Below, one piece after another: positions 9,890 through 19,775 of a stretch of 64,000 nucleotides of DNA. Source of the DNA: Thecamonas trahens ATCC 50062. Lineage: Eukaryota; Protista; Apusomonadida. Both the position numbers and the translations under genes were made by a program. Location: NCBI RefSeq assembly GCF_000142905.1, contig NW_013657655.1:310001-374000 (forward strand), given 5' to 3'. Every line of letters begins with the position of its first letter. The first letter of the stretch is position 1. The notes under the pieces are model-generated. The model worked only from the letters and a program-made list of their open reading frames with translations, did not search any database and was not told the origin of the DNA.

Positions 9890-10249
9890 GGTGCGAATGA
9901 TCAGAATGGTGTTTGGCGTGGAGACTACTGCGGAAAGCACTCTCGCACCACATACGTCTTGCTATCTTGCAACAATAGCCACGCTGCCGCCGCATCAACT
10001 TGGCCAGCCCCCCGTTGTTGATGCGATCGCCGCCCGTGCCATGCCCGGCAGCCAGCCGCTTGCTTGACCACAACAGCTGCCGAGCAGCAGCGTCCGGCTC
10101 CCAACCAGCCATCATTGGCTCGTTCATTCGCCTGTTCGTTCGTTCATTCGTTCGTTCGTTCATTTGTTCGATGGTTCGTTAGGGACAGAAGGCCTTGCTG
10201 CGGCGGGCTGGGTATCGCACTATTCTCTCGTGACGAAACTACAGCAACC

Positions 10250-12137
10250 ATGGGCTCCACGGTGACCAAGATGACGAAGAAGTTCAAGAGCGACGGCCTC
10301 AGCGACGCCGAGTGTACGTACTCTACCTCATCCATGCCTTCCTCTGTTCCCGTCCAGTACCCCCTCTCCTTCTCGCCCTTCACCCCGTTCCCCGCACCCC
10401 CGCCCCCCCCCGTCCCGCAACCCGCTTCCCGACTGCGTTTTTTTTCTGCCTCTCCGCCCCACGGGCGATCAACCTGCCCCCGCACCGCCCCCTTCTCCCC
10501 GCTGCTGCTGCTGCCGGACGGCGCCCCGCCGCCTGCTGTACTACCACTTCCACCACCATACCTTCATTCTCTCCCTCTCCCCCTCCTCTCCCCACCTCCT
10601 CTCCATCCTCCATTCCCTATCCCGCAGTCCCCACTGCGGGTCGCTGTCGCCTGCCCGCGCCCCCTCGCCCCTCTCGGCCTGGCCCCAACTTTGTTCGTTT
10701 GTTGCGTTTCGATTGTTCGATGACGTTTGTTGCTTGGTGGCCTCGCCTCGGGCGACATTTTTTTGAACCGGCGTGGGGTGCTCCCCCCCTCCCCCCCCAC
10801 CCGCACCCACCCCCACTCACACCCATGGCATGATATCAGTCACCATCGAGGACCTCGGTGAGGTCAAGATCGGCCTCAAGGAGGTGCAGGCCAAGGAGGG
10901 CGGTGTGGACCTTGAGCAGTGGCGCAAGGTGTGGAAGAAGGCGTGCGACCTCGACGGCGACTTTGTTGACGGTCTGTTCCAGATCTTCGACGAGGCCAAC
11001 AACCAGTGGGTCGACTTCCGCGAGTACGCCATCTGGGCTGCGCTCGTTGGCCGGACGCCGATCCGCCGCAAGATCTCGTACTGCTACCGCGTCTTTGACC
11101 GCAACGGCAACGGCGTGCTTGAGGAGAACGAGCTCATTCTCCTCTGCGAGGCCGTCATCCGGACCATCAAGCGTGTGGTGTACAACACGCCCGGCACCGT
11201 CAACGAGGACGGCCACCAGTCGTTTGCCCTCACCGACAAGGAGACCGACGCCGCCAAGAGCATGGCCAAGAAGATCCTGAAGGAGTGCAAGGTCGACGAC
11301 GACGATGAGGACTCGGACGCCCCCGCCGGCGCATCGTACAAGAACATCCAGGCCAAGTGGGAGTCTGCCAAGGCGCTCAAGGACGTCAAGCACATCCTCA
11401 ACTTCTTCAACGACATCACCGAGCAGCTCGAGACCCGCGGTGACGACTACACCGGCCCGTACTCGAAGAAGTACAAGTCGCACAAGGGCGACAAGAAGGG
11501 CAAGAGCAAGAAGGGCAAGAAGGGCAAGAAGGGCAAGGCCGCGGCCTCGTCCGCCGACGAGTCCGAGGAGCCGTCCAAGTCCAAGAAGGGCAAGGACAAG
11601 AAGGCTTCCAAGAAGGACAAGAAGGCTTCCAAGAAGGACAAGAAGGCCGACAAGAAGGCGTCCAAGAAGGACAAGAAGGCCGACAAGAAGGCGTCCAAGA
11701 AGGACAAGAAGGCTTCGAAGAAGGACAAGAAGAAGGGCAAGGCCGACGCTTCGTCCGCCGATGAGTCCGAGGAGCCGTCCAAGTCCAAGAAGGGCAAGGA
11801 CAAGAAGGCTTCCAAGAAGGACAAGAAGGCCGACAAGAAGGCGTCCAAGAAGGACAAGAAGGCTTCGAAGAAGGACAAGAAGAAGGGCAAGGCCGACGCT
11901 TCGTCCGCCGACGAGTCCGAGGAGCCGTCCAAGTCCAAGAAGGGCAAGGACAAGAAGGCGTCCAAGAAGGGCAAGTCCGACAAGGGCAAGGACAAGAAGG
12001 ACAAGAAGGCGTCCAAGAAGGACAAGTCCGACAAGGGCAAGGACAAGAAGGGCAAGGACAAGGGCAAGGACAAGTCCGACAAGGGCAAGGACAAGGCCAA
12101 GGGCAAGGGCAAGAAGGCCAAGAAGGCCAAGAAGTAA
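10250..12137 (+). CDS. N-myristoylated NCS/calcineurin-B-like EF-hand protein with long Lys/Asp-rich repeat tail; exons 10250-10313 and 10840-12137
   Basis: MGSTVT N-terminus; intron GTACGT 10314...TCAG 10839 joins DAE-F-TIEDL; EF-hands FQIFDEANNQWVDFREY and YRVFDRNGNGVLEENEL; tail of KKDKKAS repeats. Confidence 0.85.
11485..12134 (+). repeat. Coding tandem repeats: three copies of SSADESEEPSKSKKGKDKKAS interleaved with KKDKKA(S/D) units
   Basis: Directly visible in DNA and protein. Confidence 0.9.
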
Positions 12138-12291
12138 GTCGCCGCTCGCTACTGCTCTCGCACCCCACCCCCCTCCACTCTGTCGCTCCTCTAGCTTGGC
12201 GCCGCCACACACACTCTCTTTCTCTCTTTCATCTGAAATGAAACCACCGTCACACTTGCCCTTGGCTCGTGCCGATTAGCCACCGCGGCTA

Positions 12292-12437
12292 CGATGGCGC
12301 TTGTTGACGCGCGCGATGGCGCTTGTTGACGCGCGCGATAGCGCTTGTTGACGCGCGCGATGGCGCTTGTTCACGCTCGCTCACGCTCGCTTTTCGCTCG
12401 CTCCCACACGCTTTTCGCTCGCTCCCACACGCTTTTC
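12292..12437. repeat. Intergenic minisatellites: about 22-bp gatggcgcttgttgacgcgcgc (about 3.5 copies) then 21-bp gcttttcgctcgctcccacac (about 2 copies)
   Basis: Directly visible between two convergent genes. Confidence 0.85.
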
Positions 12438-12446
12438 GCGAATTCA

Positions 12447-15400
12447 TCACTCGATGTCACTGCGGTCTGCGCCGCGCGGCTCAAGCTCGAGCGACGTCGC
12501 ATACAGCTCCTTCTCGCCAACAAGAGGAATGCGGTTGAGGTACCGCTGCAGCGGCTCGACAGGCACAAAGGCGTACGGCTTGGACTGGAACGAACGGATC
12601 TCAGCAATGGCGTTGCGCATCATCCGGAACTTGGACCAGTGAACAAGGCCATCAATGAGGTCCGGGTTGCCGTCCTCGATAAAGATGAGGTCGCCTAGAA
12701 AGACACCAATGTACGGCACCGCCCGCTCAGAGTTTTGCAGCGCTGTCCGGTACGCCGTGTACCCCATCTCCATTGACATCAACGACTCGAGGGACTCGAG
12801 GCTCTTGTTCGTTCCGCGACCGAGCCGCCCCTTCGTCCATTTGAGCCGCGAGACGGCCGGATTCGAGAGCCCACCGAGCACCGCCATCACCGCGTGAAAG
12901 TTGTTGAGCTTGCGGAGCTCGGCACAGAGCTTGACATGCCACTTCATGACCTGCGCCCGCTTGCGCACCTTGGTCTCGGCGAGAATCGTCTGCGCCACCC
13001 ACGACGAGATGCGGTTGAACCGGTGGATAAACGCGAGCAGGTTGGCGCACCGGTACGCGTACTTTTCCTTCGTCCACGCTTGGTTGAGGAGCTCAATCGG
13101 CTCGATGAGTGCGTATGCCGCGTGGTCCATCAGCGTCAGCTGCCGCGCCGCCTCGCTCTCGTCAATGTCCCAGATCGTCAGGTTGCGCGCAGCACGCTTC
13201 GGCACCTTGGGCTTGGGCACCTTGTCCGGCGCCGGCACCACAGACGGCCGGATGAGCGTGTAGTTGAGCGTCTCTGACGTCCCGTCCGTCAAGTTTCGCC
13301 GCGTAAAGTACACCTCAGACCGTGGCGGGAGCGCGTACGAGCCCATCGTCTCCGCACCCTCCAGCCGGCCGTAAGCCACGCACTTGAGCACGTACTTGTC
13401 GAGCTCGAGGACCCCAAACGAGACCCCGATGTGGTTGAGCGCAGATGAGACCGTCGTCGACGCTGGAAACACAAACTGCCGCCGCGCCTTGTCATCACAG
13501 ACCACAGAAATGATGGCCGCGCTATTCGCGCTCGACTTTGCTCCGTCGCTCGACGACCCGGCTTGCCGCAGCTGCACCACGCTCTTGTTCTTGAGCGCGT
13601 ACGAGAGCAGTGTCTGCTCGCCGTCCATCACCCCGTACTCGTCGCAGAAGAGCTCGTACGCCTCGGCCGGCTCTTCAAGCCCAAACTTGAAGAGAATGAG
13701 CGAAATCATCTCTGCAACAGCCACGTTCCGCCCAAACGCAATGACCTTGGACGAGCCAGACTCGAGCGTCACCCGCAGCAGGATCTGCTCCTCGGGTGGA
13801 ATCGCAAGCTCGCCCACCGCAAGCGCACCCTCCTTGAAAAACACCTCTTCAAGATTAGTGAGGCCCACGTCGCGAAAGTAGATGCTCTCGTCGAGCACGC
13901 CGAGCTTGTACGACGAAAACTGGTAGTCTTCGAGGCCAGGCTCGGGCGGAAGCTCAAACTTGCGCGCCACCAGCGCCTTGCCCTCGCCCACAAGCATCCC
14001 GCCGTCAAACGAGAGCACCTTCGACTTGGCCCCAACCTTGACTCGCAGCAGCACCTTGTCGGCCGCAGCCTGTGCCTGCTCGGCCTGCGCGTCGCGTTCA
14101 TGGAGCCCGAGACAGTTGACCACAAACGAGGTCATGGATCGCTTCGGGTCCACCGCAAACGCCGTCGTCTCTAGCTGCGCCTTGTCCTCCGGTGCCATGT
14201 ACTTGCTAAAGTACTGCGCCCACCCAATCACAATCGAGAGCACCTGGTGCCGGATCGGAATGACCACAGTGTTCTCAAACATCGCCTCACTCAGCGCCGC
14301 GTACTGCGGCAGCGAGCTCTGCGGCGGAACACGAAACCGCTCCACAAGCTTGTCCATCACCGTCGACGCATCCGTAAACGACTCGTACGTGAGTAGGAAC
14401 GTCTCCTGAAACGCAAGGTCGCCGTCGAGATCCGTCAGCTTGAGCACAAGCTGATTGAGCGACGCCGCGCTCAGCACAAGCTCGCCATCCACAACCTCCT
14501 CGCGCCAGTTGGTCTCACTCCGCCCCACCTCGGCCCACACAGCAACCTCGTCTGCGTCTTCTGACGCCGCGCTGCTCGCGCCGCTGCTTTCCTCGTCCCC
14601 GCCCTCGGTCTTGAGCCTCAGTGAGAGCTTGTCACCCGGCTCCAGCCCGGCCGCAGAAAGCGTCAATTCAGAGTCGAGCGCCCGCGGCTTGCCGTCGGCT
14701 CCGTCCACGAACAGGCCGTGCGTCCGGAACAGCGACGGCACAATGTGGTTGGCGAGCTCCGGCGCCGCCATCACCCGCGACTTGAGCTCGCGGACCCGCG
14801 CCGCAAACGAGACCTCCACCCGGACGTCGATAATCTCAAAAAAGTGGACGGCCACGTGCATCGATACCGGCTGCCGCGCAAGCATCAAGCTCGCCTTGGC
14901 CTCGCACGCCTGTCCAATCAGCGCATCCGGCTCGAGCCACGTCTCTGCAGCCTCACCCGTGCCCCCGCCCGAACTGCCACCACCCGCTGCTGCGGCGGCG
15001 GCCGAGCTCGACACCGTCTGCGTCGCTGTAAATGACGTGTACCGCCCGCGCCGCGCCGCCAGCCGCCGCGCCGCGCCCGACACTGGCGCACTGGCTCCAG
15101 CGCCGTCGGCGGTGGCCTCGGCCTCGGCGGCATCGACAAGGAGGAGACCCATCTCAACCGCGCGGAAGCCAAAGGTACTAGCAGCTGCTGCAATCGCACT
15201 TGCCGCCGTCAAGTCAGCCGGGAGCTCGAGCGTCCGGCTCACGCCGGCGCCCAGCGCAAGCTCGATCGGCACCATCCGCGCCCCAAGCGTCAGCGTGAGC
15301 TCTGCCACATATACCTCCACATACATCGAGAGCGTGTCGTGCTCGTTGAGGCACACAAGCTCAGCTCCAGGCTGGCCCGGTGTCGGCACAAAGAGTGAGA

Positions 15401-18059
15401 GCGACGCTGCCGTCAGTCCACCTGGATGTGGGAGCGCGTCGAGCACATACGCCACCAGCGACCAGACCGGGACTCGCGAGTCGAGTGTCATCGTGTACGT
15501 TCCATCGTCGTTGCGGGTTGCCACAGGCGTGCCAACCTCCGGCCCGTCCTCGCGTGGCGAGGCTAGTTCCTCTGAGGCCAGGTATGGCAGCGCGAGCTTG
15601 ACCGACCACAGCGGGTCGAGCTCTGCGAGCTTTTTGGCGTGCTCACGCGCCGAGACGTCGTTGTTGTCGGCAGCCATTTCGTCGTTATACTCTTCCACCA
15701 TGGCCTTCATCTCGTCGTCGAGCTCAAATACCGACGAAATACGCTCGAGCGTCGAGGTTAGCCCGAGCTGCTCAAACTGCGCCCGCTGCGCAACTCGGTC
15801 GTCGACCGAATCAAGGACATCAACCCGGGTAGAGATGCTGGTCATTGCAGCCACCTGCTTCTCCTCAGCAGTCAAATCAGAAATGAGCTTGCTTCGCACC
15901 TCGGTCGCCGACGGCAGCGGCAGCGGCACAAGCTCGACAGGCGCAGACGACCGAACAACAAGTGTGAATTCGGTGGCCACGCCAGGCGTCATGTTGGTTG
16001 GCATGATGGTGAACGGCGTTGCCCGCGGCTCGAGGCCTTTGACCGCCAGCGTCACCTCGCGGTGCGGAAGGTAGTCACCCGAGTCAGCCACGCATGCAAA
16101 GCCATTGTGGATGAGCCGCTCACCGTTGGCGTCTGCAAGGATGATTGCCTGCTCGAGGTAGTGCTGGCCTGGCGCAGGTCGCTGCGCCAGGCAGATGAAC
16201 ACGTCGGTCGCCGGTTCCGTGAGCGAGAGCGCAAACTGCGGGTTGTCAAAGTACGAGATCGGCCCTTCACCCGGCGCGGCCCCCTCGTCCGCCCGCCACG
16301 CCGCACTCGCCGACGTCACCGCCGTGTACGACGCGTCGCACTCGAGGACCGAAGGCACAACCTGCAGCAGCGCGTCCGACTCGACCGCAAGCTCGAATGC
16401 GCGCTCCTCGCCAGGATTAAACGTCGCCACCACAACGCAGACCGGGCCTTCACCCGGCGGCACCACAGCCGAGACCGAGACCGCCGCAGCGTTGACAAAC
16501 GAGCCCGAGTCGGCGATCGCTTGTCCACGCCGGATGTCCTCAAATGACCGTCCCACAGAGAGCCCGATGTGGTGCAGCGGCGCATCGGCAGATTCACTCT
16601 CGAGCACGCCTGGCAGCTGGCGGAGCGTGAGCTCGAGCGTGTAGCCTGTCACCGAACCCGACGAGACAAAGAACATCGGGTTGTTGAGTGCCGTCTCATA
16701 GTTAAGGCACCCACCGGCGGTGATACCCTCCCACGCCGACGTCACCTTGACGCAGTTGCCGTACTCGGCCTGTCCGCCCGAGTACTCGGGCGCGGCCACC
16801 ACCTCGATCGGCGCCGACGAGTAGAACCGGAGCGTGAACGGCGCCTCGTCCTTAGGCTCAAACGTCGACGGCAAAACTGTGTACGCCGCGCTCCGCGGCG
16901 TGAGGAACCCGCGCCAGCTCACCATCCGCAACCGCGCGTAGTCGCCTGACGAGCCGAGAATGTCCTTTTTGAGAAGGACCGAGTTGTTGAACCGCCCACC
17001 GTTGAGATCAAGCACGTGCAGCCCGATGTGTCGGAGACGAACTTCAGCAGACGGCACGGAGCCCTGGTCAAGCTCGAGGGCGACAGCCACCGGAGCAATA
17101 GCAGCGCCTTCGGCTGCCTCACTCACCCGCACAAACCATTGCGGGTTGCGCGAGCATGTCAGGTCATTGATTGAGCCGCCCGCGCTCGAGCCGAACCATC
17201 CCGACTCGACCTCGACCACGTGCGGAAACTCGGCAGCCAGTGGCGAGCTCCACGGCTCGAGACAAACGTCGCCCGCTAGATGCTCCGAGACAAGGACCTC
17301 CAACTTGAACGAACCCTCCTCGCCGGCCTTGAGCGTGTGCGGGACGAGGGTGTAGGTCTGGGGCGGAAGGCTGCAGCTGCGGCTCGCTACCGTCGCCCGG
17401 GTAAGCGAGATCTGAAGAAAGTCGTCCTGCGAGACATTGGAGACCCATCCGCCACCACGAGAGCAGACCTGGATGCCGACGGCATGCGGTGCACTGGCAG
17501 CCACCGGCCCACACTGGGTCAGCCGTAGCGTGATCGGCAGCGGCTCCACCGAGTTCGACTGAGGCAGGCGAAGGACAAACTGCGGATTGTTGGAAAAGGT
17601 GTTCTCCGAGTATCCACCTCCAGCACTCTTGCCACACCACGTGCCGCGGACCGACGCTGCCACTACAGTCTCCAACTCGCTAGCACCAGCCGTAACAGAG
17701 CCATCGCGCCGAGCCGGCGGGAGGGTCGTTGCCCGGGCGGCGGCGCCTGTTGCCGACGCTTGTCCAGCTGTGACGGTCGACGGACCGTCAGAGGCCTGCC
17801 AAGCGCTCGAGGTAGTTGTGTCGGACGAGCTTGATGCGGTTGCCGAGTTTGGCATAGGTGACGAGTCAGAGGCGTCTGTGGCGGCACCTGTTGTGCTCGG
17901 CTCTCGGCTGACGACCGACGTCGCTCTCCGTTGCTTTTCGGCTTTGAGCCAGTCAAAGCACGACGGGTGGAGGATACGGAGCCGTGCTCCAGAGCCTACA
18001 GTCACCGGCTCCTCCTCTGCAAGGAGCGGCTTATGACAGAGCGAGCACTCGTCTGTCAT
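12447..18059 (-). CDS. Multidomain RasGEF: half-LIM-like Zn finger, 4 calpain domain III repeats, ubiquitin-like/RA repeats, REM, 3 further ubiquitin-like repeats, CDC25 catalytic domain
   Basis: CDC25 motifs ARQLTLMD...FNRISSWV...LNNFHAVMAVLGGL...VPYIGVFLGDLIFIEDGNPD; REM ASLNQLVLKLT...FLLTYESF; four W...SAGG...NNPQF repeats. Confidence 0.9.
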   Translation of the reverse strand: MTDECSLCHKPLLAEEEPVTVGSGARLRILHPSCFDWLKAEKQRRATSVVSREPSTTGAATDASDSSPMPNSATASSSSDTTTSSAWQASDGPSTVTAGQASATGAAARATTLPPARRDGSVTAGASELETVVAASVRGTWCGKSAGGGYSENTFSNNPQFVLRLPQSNSVEPLPITLRLTQCGPVAASAPHAVGIQVCSRGGGWVSNVSQDDFLQISLTRATVASRSCSLPPQTYTLVPHTLKAGEEGSFKLEVLVSEHLAGDVCLEPWSSPLAAEFPHVVEVESGWFGSSAGGSINDLTCSRNPQWFVRVSEAAEGAAIAPVAVALELDQGSVPSAEVRLRHIGLHVLDLNGGRFNNSVLLKKDILGSSGDYARLRMVSWRGFLTPRSAAYTVLPSTFEPKDEAPFTLRFYSSAPIEVVAAPEYSGGQAEYGNCVKVTSAWEGITAGGCLNYETALNNPMFFVSSGSVTGYTLELTLRQLPGVLESESADAPLHHIGLSVGRSFEDIRRGQAIADSGSFVNAAAVSVSAVVPPGEGPVCVVVATFNPGEERAFELAVESDALLQVVPSVLECDASYTAVTSASAAWRADEGAAPGEGPISYFDNPQFALSLTEPATDVFICLAQRPAPGQHYLEQAIILADANGERLIHNGFACVADSGDYLPHREVTLAVKGLEPRATPFTIMPTNMTPGVATEFTLVVRSSAPVELVPLPLPSATEVRSKLISDLTAEEKQVAAMTSISTRVDVLDSVDDRVAQRAQFEQLGLTSTLERISSVFELDDEMKAMVEEYNDEMAADNNDVSAREHAKKLAELDPLWSVKLALPYLASEELASPREDGPEVGTPVATRNDDGTYTMTLDSRVPVWSLVAYVLDALPHPGGLTAASLSLFVPTPGQPGAELVCLNEHDTLSMYVEVYVAELTLTLGARMVPIELALGAGVSRTLELPADLTAASAIAAAASTFGFRAVEMGLLLVDAAEAEATADGAGASAPVSGAARRLAARRGRYTSFTATQTVSSSAAAAAAGGGSSGGGTGEAAETWLEPDALIGQACEAKASLMLARQPVSMHVAVHFFEIIDVRVEVSFAARVRELKSRVMAAPELANHIVPSLFRTHGLFVDGADGKPRALDSELTLSAAGLEPGDKLSLRLKTEGGDEESSGASSAASEDADEVAVWAEVGRSETNWREEVVDGELVLSAASLNQLVLKLTDLDGDLAFQETFLLTYESFTDASTVMDKLVERFRVPPQSSLPQYAALSEAMFENTVVIPIRHQVLSIVIGWAQYFSKYMAPEDKAQLETTAFAVDPKRSMTSFVVNCLGLHERDAQAEQAQAAADKVLLRVKVGAKSKVLSFDGGMLVGEGKALVARKFELPPEPGLEDYQFSSYKLGVLDESIYFRDVGLTNLEEVFFKEGALAVGELAIPPEEQILLRVTLESGSSKVIAFGRNVAVAEMISLILFKFGLEEPAEAYELFCDEYGVMDGEQTLLSYALKNKSVVQLRQAGSSSDGAKSSANSAAIISVVCDDKARRQFVFPASTTVSSALNHIGVSFGVLELDKYVLKCVAYGRLEGAETMGSYALPPRSEVYFTRRNLTDGTSETLNYTLIRPSVVPAPDKVPKPKVPKRAARNLTIWDIDESEAARQLTLMDHAAYALIEPIELLNQAWTKEKYAYRCANLLAFIHRFNRISSWVAQTILAETKVRKRAQVMKWHVKLCAELRKLNNFHAVMAVLGGLSNPAVSRLKWTKGRLGRGTNKSLESLESLMSMEMGYTAYRTALQNSERAVPYIGVFLGDLIFIEDGNPDLIDGLVHWSKFRMMRNAIAEIRSFQSKPYAFVPVEPLQRYLNRIPLVGEKELYATSLELEPRGADRSDIE

Positions 18060-18384
18060 GGGTATGGGTGGGGAGGAGTGGGTTGGGGGTGGGGAGAGAG
18101 AGAGAGCAGGGAGGCTGGCTGACAGCCGGCAGGCGCAGAATTCCGGAAATGAGCGGGGAGGGGAACAGGACCGACCGACGATAGGGAGTGTTTGTTCATG
18201 ATGGCCCAGACGGCAGGTTACGCCAAGAGGAGACTTGGTTGGGGGAGGTGGGGGGGGGGGGGGGGGGGGGGGGGGGGTAGTGGAGGGAAGGTGGTAGCGC
18301 GAGGCGGTGGGTTGTGGGTTGTGAGGGGGGCGAGGGGCGGCTTGCGCATCGGGGTCAGATCAGGAGTGGCGAGCGGGCGGCGGG

Positions 18385-19442
18385 TTACACCGTCCAGTAA
18401 TCGTCGTTGTCGGCCTGTGCGTCGACAGGCTCACCGGCTGGGCGCTGGGCGTCAAAGTCGCGCTTGAGATCAAAGATGCAGCCGATGGCGAAGAGGGCGA
18501 CGACAATGATGCCGTAGTAGCCGTACGACAGGTGCTTCCAGTCGCGGGTCTTGAGTTTCGAGTTGTGGATGCAGTGCATATACCAGAAAATGGCGACGAT
18601 GACCAGGATGATTGACGAGACAATGCAGAAGCCCTGCCCAGCTGTCGAGCGGTCCTTTGTCTCGGAGCACGTCATGTACACCGCAATGATCATAGTGATG
18701 GCTAGCATGACCACGCTCACCACGATTCCCGTCGACGCCACATACGAGCCCAGAACAAGCCGTTCTAGGTTATCTGACGTGCCGCCGGCCTTCTTGATCT
18801 CGTCCAGCGCCTCCTTGTACGTCCGGCAACTATTCAAAACCTCTGTTCCCGTGTTGTCTGTCACCACTGTGCAGAATCTATCCCCCGTCCGCCACCAGCA
18901 TCACCACATCGTCGCATCATCATCCCCTCTCGTGTGAGTCCCTCTCCTGCTGGTCCCCCCGCCCCACTCTCTCGCCCGACAACGCAACGTATGTTCCGAG
19001 CACACTCCCGAGTGCGCGCGTCGCGGACAAAGGCCCTTGCCACTTCCGCCGCGAATTGGCGGGGGGGTGGGGGGGGGGGGGGCAGCCTACACACACGCAT
19101 ACACACATGCAGCCCCAGGGGGGAACAAGGCCGGGGGGGGCTTCAACTTTGGCAACAAGGGCAACGCCCCAGGGGGCAACAAGGCCGGGGGCGGCTTCAA
19201 CTTTGGCAACAAGGGCAATGCCCCAGGGGGCAACAAGGCCGGCGGCGGCTTTAACTTTGGGGCAAAGAAGGCAGGTGGTGGCGGCGGCGGCTTCAAGTTT
19301 GGGAAGTAGCTCCGTTGGCTCGCCCCTCCCTTTCCTGTTCTCNNNNNNNNNNNNNNNNNNNNNNNNNNNNNNNNNNNNNNNNNNNNNNNNNNNNNNNNNN
19401 NNNNNNNNNNNNNNNNNNNNNNNNNNNNNNNNNNNNNNNNNN

Positions 19443-19501
<59 letters not shown>

Positions 19502-19775
19502 ACACACATGCGCATGCACATGAACATGCACACACATATATATTGCTTTCCTCCTTCCCCGTGGCTACCCCCCCCCCCCCCCCCCCCTTCCCTGGAAGGT
19601 GTCACACCTTCGTCTCTTCGTACCTTTGTTGGCCAAACTTGGACTCTGTCTTGACGGGACCCGAGCCATCATCGGTCTCTTCCACCACCACATACCACAT
19701 GGGCCAATAGAAGGCAAAGACTAGAATACCAATGTTGACCAGACAGAACAGTGATGCACACACTGGTGAAGCCAT
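18385..19775 (-). CDS. Four-TM claudin/PMP22/amastin-like protein (about 214 aa); exons 19624-19775 and 18385-18877
   Basis: Exon 1 MASPVCASLFCLVNIGILVFAFYWPMWY...KFGQQ with a GTACGA donor joins in phase at a GATAG acceptor to RFCTVVTDNTGTEVLNSCRTY. Three further TMs follow, the last preceded by SYGYYG. The intron spans an assembly gap. Confidence 0.65.
19112..19309 (+). repeat. 54-bp repeat (about 3 copies) encoding the FG-nucleoporin-like unit APGGNKAGGGFNFGNKGN, ending FKFGK-stop
   Basis: Directly visible; preceded by an acceptor-like TGCAG. Confidence 0.75.

Noticed and set aside
10836-12279. Long antisense and alternate-frame ORFs (Leu-rich, Cys-Pro-rich, Arg-rich) over Lys-rich genes, also at 4640-5884 and 52035-53429
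   Set aside because: Shadow ORFs produced by high GC content and repetitive codons; no independent domain signal.
12292-12437. Short direct repeats as a possible CRISPR array
   Set aside because: Head-to-tail repeats without unique spacers, no cas genes, eukaryotic context.
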